64,000 nt of DNA from positions 18-64,017 of the forward strand of contig VBMG01000046.1 of the NCBI GenBank assembly GCA_005878485.1, written 5' to 3'. Position numbers and translations under genes: made by a program. The notes under the pieces are model-generated. The model was not told where the DNA came from and searched no databases. It was given only the letters and a program-made list of their open reading frames with translations. Below, in pieces: positions 36,340-45,924 of this stretch. Within the stretch, counting starts at the first letter, position 1; each line of letters begins with the position of its first letter. This stretch comes from Methanobacteriota archaeon. GTDB taxonomy: Archaea > Thermoplasmatota > Thermoplasmata > RBG-16-68-12.

Positions 36340-38472
36340 CTAGTGGACGCGCGTCCCCTCTTTCATTCCCTTGTCGACGGTGAGCGGGACGCCATCCACC
36401 AGAAGGGTCAGGCGTGTTTCGCCGTCCCGACCAAGAAAGAGGACGGTGCCCCCGGAGCCCACTTGGAGTTTGTATCTCTCGAACTCCGAGAACGGCAGGA
36501 CGCGCGCGCCTTTCGTGCCGAGAATCTGGTCGCCCACCTCCGCGTCTTCGGGAGGGAGCACGAGGCCGACGTCCTTCGGGTCCTCGCCCGCGAGCAGCAT
36601 GCCGCGGCTCTCGACGCCGCGCAGCTTGGCGGGTTCCAAGTTTGCGAGGACCGCGATTTTCCGCCCTCGGAGCTGCTCGGCGGAGTAGTTCTTCCGGATC
36701 CCCGCGACGATCTGCCGGTGCTCTCCGCCGAGATCGATCTGGAGGACGTACAAATTGTCCGCGTTCGGATGTTCCTGGACGTCGACGATTCGAGCGACGC
36801 GAACGTCGAAGCGGTCCATCGGGGCGTCTTCCGCCTCGAGCTCGATTTTCGTGAACAGCGGCTTGCCCACGTGAAGTTCCTGGCCGTCCGGCACATCCTC
36901 GAGGACACCCTCCCACTTCTGCGCGTGCACGTCGGAGTCGTAACCGAGGGCATGCCACAGCCGCGAGGAGCTGAAAGGCAGGAACGGCGCCATGATGAGG
37001 GCGAGGGAGCGGCACACCCGCAAGGCGACGTGCAGCGCGGTCCCGCACGCCGCACGATCCTTCTTGATCAAATCCCACGGCGCCTTCTGATCAAAGTATT
37101 GATTGCCCAAACGGGCGAGCTGGACCGCCTCCTTCATCGCATCTTTCAGGTGGACATACTCCAAGTTCTGTCCGACCTTCTTCCACTGCTGTTCGATTGC
37201 GCGGACCATCGACTTGTCCGCCGCGTCGAGGAAGCCTGCGGGCGGTATCGCATGATTGAAGTTCTTGTCCGCGAACGTGAGGGCGCGATGTGCGAAGTTC
37301 CCGTATACCGCAAGGAGCTCGCTGTTGTTCCGCTGGGCGAAGTCCGCCCACTCGAAGTCCGTGTCCTTGGTCTCCGGCATCGTCGCGACCCCGTAGTACC
37401 GGAGCTGGTCCGGGTCGAACCGGTCGAGGAGATCGGGCAGCCACACGCCCCGTCCTCGGCCCGCGCTCATCCGCTCCCCCGAGATGTTCAGATACTGGGT
37501 CGCCGGGACATCGTACGGTAGGTCGAGCCCCTCGTCGTACGCAAGGAGGTAAGCGGGCCAGATAATCGTGTGGAAGACGATGTTGTCTTTCCCGATGAAG
37601 TAGTAGTGCCGGGCCTCCGGATCGTACCAGAAGTCCTTCCATCCGTCGGGTCGACCGTGGCGGCGGTACCACTCCCGCGTCGCGGTGAGGTATCCCATCA
37701 CGGCCTCGAACCAGACATAGATCCGCTTCGATTCGTACCCGGGGACCGGCACCTCGATGCCCCAGTCGAGGTCCCGCGTGATCGGCCGATCCTTCAGGCC
37801 CTCCCGGAGCCAGCTTCGCATGAACGTGAGGACGTGGTGCCGCCAGTGCTCCTTGTCCTTCGAGGCCCATTTCGTGAGGGGCTTCTGGAACGCGCTGAGT
37901 CGGAAGAAGAAGTGCTTCGTCTCCTTGGGGATCGGCGTCGTGCCGTGAATCTGGCACTTCGGGTCCTTCAGCTCGAACGGATCGAGGAGCCTCCCGCAGT
38001 TCTCGCACTGGTCGCCGCGGGCGCGCGGGAACCCGCAGTGGGGGCAGGTCCCTTCCACGTACCGGTCCGGCAGGAACCGCTGGTCCGTCGTGCAGAACGG
38101 GGAGGTCATCGACGCCTCGTAGACGTGGCCTTTCGCTTTGAGCGCGAGAAAGATCTCTTGCACCCACTGTTTGTGATGCGAATCGGCGGTGTTCCAGTAG
38201 AGGTCATATTGCACGCCGAGCTGCGCGATGTTCTTCTCGTGGAGCGCGTGGTACCGTTCCGCGATCGCGCTCGGCGGGAGGCCCTCCCGATCCGCGCGGA
38301 CCGTCACCGGCGTGCCGTGCATGTCGCTGCCGCCGACCATGAGGACCTCGTCCCCTTTCATCCGGTGGTACCGGGCGAAGACGTCCGCAGGGATGAACGT
38401 CGAGACCGCGTGACCGAGGTGCCGAGGGCCCGCCGCGTACGGCCACGCCACGCACACGAGGATCTTCGTCAT
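36340..38472 (-). CDS. metG: Methionine--tRNA ligase with a C-terminal tRNA-binding domain
   Basis: AWPYA.GPRHLGH, GSDMHG, Zn knuckles, YVWFEA, GKDNIVFH, C-terminal Trbp111-like domain. Confidence 0.97.
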   Translation of the reverse strand: MTKILVCVAWPYAAGPRHLGHAVSTFIPADVFARYHRMKGDEVLMVGGSDMHGTPVTVRADREGLPPSAIAERYHALHEKNIAQLGVQYDLYWNTADSHHKQWVQEIFLALKAKGHVYEASMTSPFCTTDQRFLPDRYVEGTCPHCGFPRARGDQCENCGRLLDPFELKDPKCQIHGTTPIPKETKHFFFRLSAFQKPLTKWASKDKEHWRHHVLTFMRSWLREGLKDRPITRDLDWGIEVPVPGYESKRIYVWFEAVMGYLTATREWYRRHGRPDGWKDFWYDPEARHYYFIGKDNIVFHTIIWPAYLLAYDEGLDLPYDVPATQYLNISGERMSAGRGRGVWLPDLLDRFDPDQLRYYGVATMPETKDTDFEWADFAQRNNSELLAVYGNFAHRALTFADKNFNHAIPPAGFLDAADKSMVRAIEQQWKKVGQNLEYVHLKDAMKEAVQLARLGNQYFDQKAPWDLIKKDRAACGTALHVALRVCRSLALIMAPFLPFSSSRLWHALGYDSDVHAQKWEGVLEDVPDGQELHVGKPLFTKIELEAEDAPMDRFDVRVARIVDVQEHPNADNLYVLQIDLGGEHRQIVAGIRKNYSAEQLRGRKIAVLANLEPAKLRGVESRGMLLAGEDPKDVGLVLPPEDAEVGDQILGTKGARVLPFSEFERYKLQVGSGGTVLFLGRDGETRLTLLVDGVPLTVDKGMKEGTRVH

Positions 38473-38590
38473 CCGCGCGCCAGAAGAAGGGGGCCTCCCT
38501 TAAAGAATTCGGGATGCCGTCGGACCCCTGAAGGCGGTGCGCGAACTCGGCCTTGATAATCACGCTCAATACTTTTTGACCAAGGTTGTG

Positions 38591-39256
38591 ATGAGCCGAA
38601 AACCACCATCCGGTGCCGCGCAGTTGGAGCGGAGTCGAACGATGATCCAGCGCAGTACGCATCACGAGCTGAACTCGCGGCGCGAGATCGACAAGTTGAT
38701 GGCGAAGCTGGGTACGATGCCGCAGATTCTCTGCTGGAATTGCCACAAGCTCACTCCGTTCGAGCTAGACCGATGCCAACATTGCAGTTCCGCGTTTGCG
38801 GGCAGCACGGGCGGCGCCTACAGCTCCGGCCGAGTCCCAGCGCCCCGGAGTGTGTCGGCTGGGAAGCCCGGTCGGGCGCGTCCGAAACGGACCCTCGCCG
38901 AGATCGTCGACGATCTCCAACAGGTGGACGAACAGCCGACGTTCACCCGAGGACGGCCGCGGGAGAAGGAGCTGTCCGTCCGCCTCTATCAGTGTCCGTC
39001 GTGTGGTCGATTCGTTTCCGAGCAGGCGAGCGAATGCGCTTGCGGCGCCGGCTTCGCCCCAATCTCGGAGGTGACGTTCGCGTGCCCGCAGTGCGCATCG
39101 CGCGTGCCTTCCGATGTGGACGCCTGCCCCGTGTGCAGCGTCGAATTCGAGCCCTGGAGCGGATCGGGCGGATACGCCTACGCGTGTCCCCGCTGCGGAT
39201 CGCATGTCGCGTCGGATGCGATCCGCTGTTCGTGCGGCGTCTGGTTCGAAGACTGA
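38591..39256 (+). CDS. Multi-zinc-ribbon hypothetical protein
   Basis: Four zinc-ribbon-like units: CWNC…CQHC, CPSC…CAC, CPQC…CPVC, CPRC…CSC; start uncertain. Confidence 0.75.
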   Translation: MSRKPPSGAAQLERSRTMIQRSTHHELNSRREIDKLMAKLGTMPQILCWNCHKLTPFELDRCQHCSSAFAGSTGGAYSSGRVPAPRSVSAGKPGRARPKRTLAEIVDDLQQVDEQPTFTRGRPREKELSVRLYQCPSCGRFVSEQASECACGAGFAPISEVTFACPQCASRVPSDVDACPVCSVEFEPWSGSGGYAYACPRCGSHVASDAIRCSCGVWFED

Positions 39257-39365
39257 TTTCCCCTCCAGTTATCAGGGCCGAGAACTGTCCAACAACCGCT
39301 TTATCGTTCGACTGCGTCGTTCTTTCCGTTGACGGGCCCACCCGTCGAAAGGACCCCAGCCCACG

Positions 39366-39656
39366 ATGAAACCGAAACGCCCACGGATGTCGGGCCGGAA
39401 GACGTACTACCTCGTCCTCTGGTGGATGTCCCAGACTCCGTATGCGGCAATCTTCGAGAACCAAGTGGCCGCGGAGGCCGCGGCGAACGTCCGCAATGCG
39501 CTCATGGTGACGATCTCGGGCCGGGATGTGAAAGTGGACCAAGTGCTCGACTGGTACCGCCGCGACGAATCCGGCGCCCCGATGCCGGCCGAATGGCGGG
39601 ATCTCGTCGGGCAAATTCACGTTCCCTGGCTCGCGAAGCCGAAGCCCGCGCTTTGA
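39366..39656 (+). CDS. Hypothetical protein
   Basis: 96-aa ORF with normal composition and GC3 bias in an otherwise empty interval. Confidence 0.62.
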   Translation: MKPKRPRMSGRKTYYLVLWWMSQTPYAAIFENQVAAEAAANVRNALMVTISGRDVKVDQVLDWYRRDESGAPMPAEWRDLVGQIHVPWLAKPKPAL

Positions 39657-39789
39657 TGCGCGAGCGCCGGCCGGACACCTTGGGCGGCGACGAGCGTTGC
39701 TTCCGGGTGCCTCTCCCGCTCTGTATCAATTCGGATAGGGGAACGCAAACGACTATAGCTCCAGACCACAGGAGCGGATGGGAGGGATC

Positions 39790-40242
39790 ATGGCCCCGTC
39801 GCAAGGCCTCGTCGCCGAGTGCCCGACATGCCAGGCCACCGTCCCGGCCGACGCGACGGAATGCCCGCAATGCGGAGAGCAGTTCGAGTCGGAGGTCCCT
39901 CCGAGAGGGACTTCGGGCAGCGCAATCGGGGTTGTTGAAGACTCAGAGGACGAGGGGACGCGGGAGAAGTCGGGCCGCCGCGAGAAATTCCTCTTCTATA
40001 CCGGAATCGCCCTGATCGTGTTCGGTGGTCCGGGGATCGCGCTGGGCTCGTGGCTCCACGACGTGCTGCGGATCCCGGTCGAGCAGTACACCGCCTTCGA
40101 CACGTTCGGCGCGTTCAACCGGCTCGTCACCGCGGTCGGGCTCATCGTCCTCATCGTGGGTATCGTCTGTCTGATCCTCAGCTTGCGGTTGTCCCGGCCC
40201 ACGGATGTCGAGAAGGACCTCAGCGCCCTCCGTGAGTCGTGA
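39790..40242 (+). CDS. Zinc-ribbon protein with two TM helices
   Basis: CPTC…CPQCG, acidic linker, two hydrophobic segments; GGAGG before ATG at 39790. Confidence 0.78.
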   Translation: MAPSQGLVAECPTCQATVPADATECPQCGEQFESEVPPRGTSGSAIGVVEDSEDEGTREKSGRREKFLFYTGIALIVFGGPGIALGSWLHDVLRIPVEQYTAFDTFGAFNRLVTAVGLIVLIVGIVCLILSLRLSRPTDVEKDLSALRES

Positions 40243-40342
40243 GTGGTCCGCGGATTTTCGTGGCCCCACCCCTATATCATTAAATACCGTGCAACGGATG
40301 CGAAACGTGTCGGCGGCAGGGGGCCGCCGCATGGAGTGATGG

Positions 40343-40564
40343 ATGTCGTATTCGGGGTCTGGCTTCCGACCTCCCAACGTTCCGGTGGAGGAAGGGAAGG
40401 TCTACGAGGCCAAGATCGAGGATATCGGAAGGGAAGGCGATGGACTCGCGCGGATCGCGAACTTCGTGGTCTTCGTCCCGGGGACGAAGATCGGGGACGA
40501 GGTCAAGATCAAGATCACGAAGGTCCACCGGCGCATGGCGTTCGGCGAAGTCGTCCGCGAATGA
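40343..40564 (+). CDS. Single TRAM-domain RNA-binding protein
   Basis: PVEEGKVYEAKIEDIGREGDGLARI..FVVFVPG…GDEVKIKI. Confidence 0.93.
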   Translation: MSYSGSGFRPPNVPVEEGKVYEAKIEDIGREGDGLARIANFVVFVPGTKIGDEVKIKITKVHRRMAFGEVVRE

Positions 40565-40660
40565 TGTCGCGCCGGTGCGGGGGAGGCAGGCGAGGCCGAG
40601 CGGGCAGCCCGTAGCGGGATGTCGGCCCCAGCTTCGAAAAGCGTAAAATAAGCTCCTTAT

Positions 40661-41767
40661 ATGTTCCCGGCCCCATCGAGTCCCGAGGACGGTTCCGTGC
40701 TCCGTTCCCGACCCCTTCTCGTCGCCTTCGCCGCCTCCGCATCTCTCGCGCTGGTCCTGGCGTCCTCCGTGGCCGTCGCGCAGTCCGGAGACTCGGATCG
40801 AGACGGCGTCCCGGACGACATCGAGAACGCGACGCAGCGAAACGTCGTCGCCGTTGCCGCGGGGGACGAATTCAACATTTCGAGCCGGCTCGCGAGCGCC
40901 CCGTACGAGGACCAGTTCGAGGTGTTCTACAAAGCGGGAAATTTCAGCGTGATCTACGAACGGGCCGGCGGCGGTGAGAGTTCTTACAATCTCGAGTTCC
41001 GAAATCTCATCGAGTGGGTGGACATGAACGGCAACCGCAGCATCGAGCCGAGCGAAATCGTCAACGTGACGCCGCTGGGGGCCGCGGCCTTTGGCGGTGT
41101 GCCGGTCACGAAGATGCGGATGGACAACGCCGACGGCGGGGTCGTGAACGTCTTCCTTGTCCGTAGCCGGTCCGGAGACGTGCGGCTGAACGTCACGGTC
41201 GCGGAACGATTCATGCGAGTCGGCAGCCGGGTCCTGACGCCGATGGAAGTCAAGCTGGATCTCACGGTCAACCGCGTCTTTGTCGCGACGAACGCAAACC
41301 TGGGCCTCGACCTGGGAATCGACACGGGTGACCGCTGGGCATACGCGGACCGCAGTTGGGACGACCTAAACGGGTTCGCGCCGGACGATGCCGCGATCAG
41401 CGTCACCGGGAGATCGGCGAACAGTCCGGCCCGCATGTTCTTCTCGTGGTCCAAATCCGCATTCGCGGACGGTCGCCAAATCCCCGTGACGTTCTCGAGC
41501 GCCGCGGACGGGAACCCGAACCGGTCCGAATTGTATCTGGCGTACCCGATGGGGGCAAGCCAGCCGTCGGTCAAGCTCGTCCACGACCCGGTCCTCGGCG
41601 TCGACAGCGCGGCCTATGAAGGTATCATCAGCCGTCAGCCCCCGCTGCAGGGCGACGCCCTGGTGTACGGCGTATCCCTTGCGGCGATGGCCGTCCTCAT
41701 CGCGGGGACCATCGTCTTCGCAAATCGCCGCCGCAAGAAGCGCGAAGAATTGGGCCGCAATCCTTAA
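40661..41767 (+). CDS. Secreted, C-terminally anchored hypothetical protein
   Basis: Signal peptide, DSDRDGVPD and DMNGN Ca-binding-like loops, LVHDPVLG, C-terminal TM followed by RRRKKR; start may be GTG ~40697. Confidence 0.78.
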   Translation: MFPAPSSPEDGSVLRSRPLLVAFAASASLALVLASSVAVAQSGDSDRDGVPDDIENATQRNVVAVAAGDEFNISSRLASAPYEDQFEVFYKAGNFSVIYERAGGGESSYNLEFRNLIEWVDMNGNRSIEPSEIVNVTPLGAAAFGGVPVTKMRMDNADGGVVNVFLVRSRSGDVRLNVTVAERFMRVGSRVLTPMEVKLDLTVNRVFVATNANLGLDLGIDTGDRWAYADRSWDDLNGFAPDDAAISVTGRSANSPARMFFSWSKSAFADGRQIPVTFSSAADGNPNRSELYLAYPMGASQPSVKLVHDPVLGVDSAAYEGIISRQPPLQGDALVYGVSLAAMAVLIAGTIVFANRRRKKREELGRNP

Positions 41768-41791
41768 TGGCCTTTTCCTTTACAGGGCACG

Positions 41792-42067
41792 GTGGTCTCC
41801 ATGGTGGCCATCGAGAACGTGCTCTTGGCAGCCGTGTCGGTTTTCGCTCTCGCGCTCACGGTCATCGGGGTGATCGCGGTCCGGAGGACGAGGGACGTCC
41901 ATCTCGCGTTCCTCGCCGCCGCCTTCGCGGTCTTCTTCGTGAAAGGCCTGGTCCTGACGATCTTGCTCTTCATGGGCTCGATCGACCTCCGGCCCCTTTT
42001 CTTGGTGTCCGGGTCCCTTGACATCGTGATCCTGGCGTTGTTCTACGGGTTCACGCTGCGGCGCTGA
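41792..42067 (+). CDS. Small 3-TM membrane protein
   Basis: Three hydrophobic helices; AFAVFFVKG pattern of small archaeal membrane proteins found next to HTH regulators. Confidence 0.8.
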   Translation: MVSMVAIENVLLAAVSVFALALTVIGVIAVRRTRDVHLAFLAAAFAVFFVKGLVLTILLFMGSIDLRPLFLVSGSLDIVILALFYGFTLRR

Positions 42068-42074
42068 GCGCTGC

Positions 42075-42632
42075 GTGGTCTCCATGGACAAGGAGATCCT
42101 CGCGGTCAAGACCCGGAAGGACCTGTACGACTTCGTCCGCAAGAATCCGGGCTTTCATTTGCGGGAGCTGTCCCGCGCTCTCGACCTCTCGATCACCCTC
42201 GCGGACTACCATCTTCGGTTCCTCGAGAGACACGAGCTGATCACCTCCGCGATGGACGGAGAGTACAAGCGGTTCTTCCCCCGGTCCCGCCCGGGCCAGG
42301 AGGAGGTCCGCGCCGCCCTCACGGACGTGGAAAAGCGGATCCTGGCCTTCCTGCGACAGCCGGTCCCGCTCCGGGTGATCAATTTCCTGATGGAGCGGGA
42401 AGCCGCGACCCACAAGGAGATCCTCGAGCAGGTGCCGGTTTCGCCGTCGACGCTGTCCCACCATCTGAAGAAGATGGAGACCGCGGGGCTCATCGATCGT
42501 GCGGAGCCGCGCGAGCGCGGCTACCGCGTGCGGGACCCAAAGGCCGTCGCCCGCCTCATGACGACCTACGAGCTGGCGACGCCAGACCAGGTCGACACGT
42601 TCATCCGCGTCTGGGGCGAGTTCCGCCTCTGA
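42075..42632 (+). CDS. Tandem winged-helix transcriptional regulator
   Basis: NPGFHLRELSRAL…YHLRFLE and SPSTLSHHLKKM HTH motifs. Confidence 0.88.
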   Translation: MVSMDKEILAVKTRKDLYDFVRKNPGFHLRELSRALDLSITLADYHLRFLERHELITSAMDGEYKRFFPRSRPGQEEVRAALTDVEKRILAFLRQPVPLRVINFLMEREAATHKEILEQVPVSPSTLSHHLKKMETAGLIDRAEPRERGYRVRDPKAVARLMTTYELATPDQVDTFIRVWGEFRL

Positions 42633-42638
42633 CCCCGA

Positions 42639-43136
42639 TTAGAGGATCCTCACGAGTTCCGTCGCGACCCATTCGAGGAAGTCTTTGTCCGTCGGCGTGA
42701 AGGAGTTCGCCTGATCCGAATCGATGTCGATTTCCGCAATCGCGGCGCCGTCGCGCAGGATCGGGACGACGATTTCTGCGCGGGTGTTGATGAAACATTG
42801 CAGGTACCGCGGGTCGTCGTTCACGTCGGGCACGACGATCGTCGCCTTTTCCGTCACCGCGGCTCCGCAAATCCCTTGGCCCACCGGAATCCGCGTATGC
42901 AGGGTCGCGGAGGGCCCCGACCATGAGGCGAGGACGAGTTCCGATCCGTCGACCGCGTAGATTCCGACCCATGTGAAGTGGGGGATTTTCCGGAGCTCCC
43001 GACACACGAAGTCGGTGATCGGCTTTCGCTGACTACCCGAGTGGATGATCTTCTCCAGGCGGGCGGCGACCTCGTCGTAACTGACCTTCCCCTTTTCGCC
43101 GGCCATCACCTCGCCGAACTTGCCGACGCCCTTCAT
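42639..43136 (-). CDS. GAF-domain protein, free methionine-R-sulfoxide reductase (MsrC/fRMsr)-like
   Basis: WVGIY, RIPVGQGICG, YLQC…AEIVVP, EIDIDS. Confidence 0.85.
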   Translation of the reverse strand: MKGVGKFGEVMAGEKGKVSYDEVAARLEKIIHSGSQRKPITDFVCRELRKIPHFTWVGIYAVDGSELVLASWSGPSATLHTRIPVGQGICGAAVTEKATIVVPDVNDDPRYLQCFINTRAEIVVPILRDGAAIAEIDIDSDQANSFTPTDKDFLEWVATELVRIL

Positions 43137-43322
43137 CGTCGCATGCCGCGCGTCGAACGGTCGCGCCCGCCATAAGCCTTCCGGAATGCAGCCACGGATC
43201 GCGCCCTGCGTGTGCGGCCCTTGCGCGAACTCTCTGCGGAAGCGCCGCGGTGGGTTCCGCTCCGAGCATTGTCCGAAGGAAATGGTGAAACCTTCATATA
43301 TCGCACGCTTCTAGCTAGGATT

Positions 43323-43392
43323 ACAAGCATCCCTCCACAACGAGGCCGTTCCTGCTTTGTTGATACGACGAACGGCCTTGCCCCTTTTTCTT
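43323..43392 (+). ncRNA. Putative small RNA, copy 1
   Basis: GAAA-CC-TTCATATA promoter at 43287-43300; 29-nt segment identical to copy 2; 11-bp stem 43341-43351/43370-43380; TTTTTCTT tail. Confidence 0.62.
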
Positions 43393-43505
43393 GCGGTTAA
43401 TCATGCGGGTTGACCCCCTACCGCGCGACCTTGTCGAAAAGCGTTTAATAGAGTCGAGTGTTCCCGGTTTGCTTAGACAAGCATCCCTCCACAACGAGGC
43501 CGTTC
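43323..43505 (+). repeat. Exact 29-nt direct repeat (43323-43351 and 43477-43505)
   Basis: ACAAGCATCCCTCCACAACGAGGCCGTTC occurs twice, 125 nt apart. Confidence 0.95.
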
Positions 43506-43531
43506 AGGATTCCTGGACGGCCCTTTATTTT
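43476..43531 (+). ncRNA. Putative small RNA, copy 2
   Basis: CGAAAAGCG-TTTAATA promoter at 43435-43450; same 29-nt segment (43477-43505); 11-bp stem GGCCGTTCAGG/CCTGGACGGCC; TTTATTTT tail. Confidence 0.62.
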
Positions 43532-43655
43532 GGTTTCAAACATGGTTCGGAAACCTTTCTCGCCGATCGGTTCCACCGCGTCGAATCGCGTCATGTGAGC
43601 ATCGAATTCGGTCTCACTCCGCCTCGCGGGTCGTCGCCCAGACGCAGGGACTCTG

Positions 43656-44297
43656 CTAGGCCATCGGCGGGAATCTAATCCCGCGTGAATCGATTCCCAC
43701 CTTGCGACCGTCGACCGTGAGGCGGGCCTCCGCGAACAGCCGAACCGCGAGCGGGAGAAAGATGTGTTCTTGTTCCAAGATGCGCGCGGCCAACGCCTCC
43801 TCCGTGTCACCCTCGTGGACCGGGACCGCCTTCTGGAGGATGATGGGGCCTCCGTCCACGGAGGCGTCGACGAAGTGGATTGTGCAGCCCGAGACCTTCA
43901 CGCCGGCGGCGAGTGCGTCCCGCTGGGCGTGGGCCCCGGGGAATGCGGGGAGCAACGATGGGTGGATGTTGATGATGCGGTTGGGAAACTCGCTCACGAA
44001 ATACGGCGAGACGAGACGCATGAAGCCCGCGAAGACCACCAGGTCGACGCGTTTGTCCTTGAGGACCTTCACGACCTCTCGCTCAAACCCCTCGCGATTT
44101 GCCCCAAACGTGCGATGATCGACGACGACCGTGGAAACGCCTGCGGTCTTCGCCCGTGCGAGCACGGGGGCCCCGGGGACATTGCAAACGAGGACCGCGA
44201 GGTCGACGTCGAGCTCCCCGCGCTTCCGCGCGTCGACGAGGCTCTGGAAGTCCGTTCCCCTCCCGGAGGCGAGCACCCCGACTCGGATTCGGGCCAT
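43656..44297 (-). CDS. purN: Phosphoribosylglycinamide formyltransferase
   Basis: [34 protein letters not shown]…DGGPII.Q. Confidence 0.96.
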   Translation of the reverse strand: MARIRVGVLASGRGTDFQSLVDARKRGELDVDLAVLVCNVPGAPVLARAKTAGVSTVVVDHRTFGANREGFEREVVKVLKDKRVDLVVFAGFMRLVSPYFVSEFPNRIINIHPSLLPAFPGAHAQRDALAAGVKVSGCTIHFVDASVDGGPIILQKAVPVHEGDTEEALAARILEQEHIFLPLAVRLFAEARLTVDGRKVGIDSRGIRFPPMA

Positions 44298-44306
44298 CGT
44301 GGTCCC

Positions 44307-45842
44307 TCAATGTTTGAACAAACGGATCCCGGTAAAGACCATCGCGATTCCATGCGCGTCTGCCGCCGCGATCACCTCGTCGTCGCGGATCGACCCGCCC
44401 GGCTGGGCCACGACCGCGACGCCGCCTTTCGCGAGTTCGTCGATACCGTCCCGGAACGGGAAGTACGCGTCGCTGACCGCCACGCTCCCACCCGCCGCGC
44501 CTTTCGCTTTGTAGCATGCGAGCATGCACGCGTCCACGCGGCTCATCTGCCCCGCGCCGATGCCGACCGTCCGATCCCCCTTCACGAGGACGATCGAGTT
44601 CGACTTCACGTACCGACTCACGACGATTCCGAAGGAGATGTCGCCCAGCTGGGCGGGGCTGGGAGAGGCCTTCGTCACAACCTTGAACGCCTCAGGCTTC
44701 GGCTCCGGAAATTCCGTCGTCTGCAGGAGGATGCCGCCCAAGACCCGAACCATGTCGACGCCATGATCCTTTCGAAACGGTCCGCGGGTCTGGAGGATGA
44801 GGAAGGACCCTTTCTTCTTCGCCTTGAGGATTTCGAGGGCTTGCGGCTCGTATCCCGGAGCGATCACCGCATCGAGGACGTCGCCTTTGATCGCCTTCGC
44901 CGTCGCAAGGTCGACCGAGCGGTTCAGGCCCACCACGCCGCCGTACGCCGAAACCGGGTCGGCGGCGTGAGCCGCCTCGTATGCCTCAACGAGAGTCGTC
45001 GCAAGGGCGACCCCGGAGGGGTTCGTATGTTTGATCACGACCGCCGCGGGCCGCTCGAATTCCGTCGCGATCCGGAGGGCCGCATCGAGGTCGATCAAGT
45101 TGTTGTAGGAGAGCTCCTTCCCTTGCAGCTTGTCCGCGGTCGCCGTCGCGGCCGACGGGAACGGCTCCCGGTAGAGCGCTGCCTTTTGATACGGGTTCTC
45201 CCCGTAGCGGAGGTCCGCAATCTTGTCATCCGCGATCCGGAGTGCCGGCGGGAGGACGTACCCTTGACGCCGGGCAAGGAAATTGAAGATCGCGGCATCG
45301 TATCGGGACGTGTACCCGAACGCCTCGAGCGCGAGTTCGTTCCGGAGCTTCTCGGGTATCGTCTTCTGTTGCCGCAGCGTGCGTAGGACTTCGGAGTACC
45401 GCGCGGGTCGGACGACGACGCCGACGCGGTTCGCATTTTTTGCCGCTGCGCGGATGAGCGAGACGCCACCGATATCGATGTTCTCGATGGCCTCCTCGAA
45501 CCCGACGTTCGGTTTCGCAACCGTCTCCTCGAACGGATACAGGTTTGCCACGACGAGGTCGATGGCCACCGCTCCGAGATCCTCAAGGTCCTTCTCATCC
45601 CCGCGGGGCGCAAGGATTCCCGCGAAGATTCGTGGATGGAGCGTCTTCACCCGTCCGCCCAATCCCTCTCGGAGGCCCGTATAGTCCGCGACCGTCGTCA
45701 CGGGGAGACCCGCCTCCTTCAGCGTCTTCGCGGTCCCGTCCGTGCCAATCAGCTCAAAACCGAGATCTCGTAGGCCCCGCGCAAACTCGACAAGGCCCTC
45801 CTTATCCGAGACGCTGAGGAGCGCCCGCCGGGGGGAAACCAT
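44307..45842 (-). CDS. purH: Bifunctional AICAR transformylase/IMP cyclohydrolase
   Basis: [59 protein letters not shown]. Confidence 0.97.
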   Translation of the reverse strand: MVSPRRALLSVSDKEGLVEFARGLRDLGFELIGTDGTAKTLKEAGLPVTTVADYTGLREGLGGRVKTLHPRIFAGILAPRGDEKDLEDLGAVAIDLVVANLYPFEETVAKPNVGFEEAIENIDIGGVSLIRAAAKNANRVGVVVRPARYSEVLRTLRQQKTIPEKLRNELALEAFGYTSRYDAAIFNFLARRQGYVLPPALRIADDKIADLRYGENPYQKAALYREPFPSAATATADKLQGKELSYNNLIDLDAALRIATEFERPAAVVIKHTNPSGVALATTLVEAYEAAHAADPVSAYGGVVGLNRSVDLATAKAIKGDVLDAVIAPGYEPQALEILKAKKKGSFLILQTRGPFRKDHGVDMVRVLGGILLQTTEFPEPKPEAFKVVTKASPSPAQLGDISFGIVVSRYVKSNSIVLVKGDRTVGIGAGQMSRVDACMLACYKAKGAAGGSVAVSDAYFPFRDGIDELAKGGVAVVAQPGGSIRDDEVIAAADAHGIAMVFTGIRLFKH

Positions 45843-45924
45843 CCCTATTACCGAGTCGGAATGGGGAGAACCCAATTAAGGTTTCGGTGGACCGCCGAAC
45901 TCGTCGGGGCCAAGAGTCGTCGCG

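Noticed and set aside
43133-43330. 65-aa minus-strand ORF starting inside the repeat (GGAGGG-ATG)
   Set aside because: The SD abuts the ATG with no spacing, the equivalent frame in copy 2 stops after 3 codons, and the product has no recognisable features
43323-43505. 29-nt direct repeat as a mini-CRISPR array
   Set aside because: Only two copies, a 125-nt interval far longer than a spacer, no cas genes, and each copy has its own promoter and pairs with non-repeat downstream sequence
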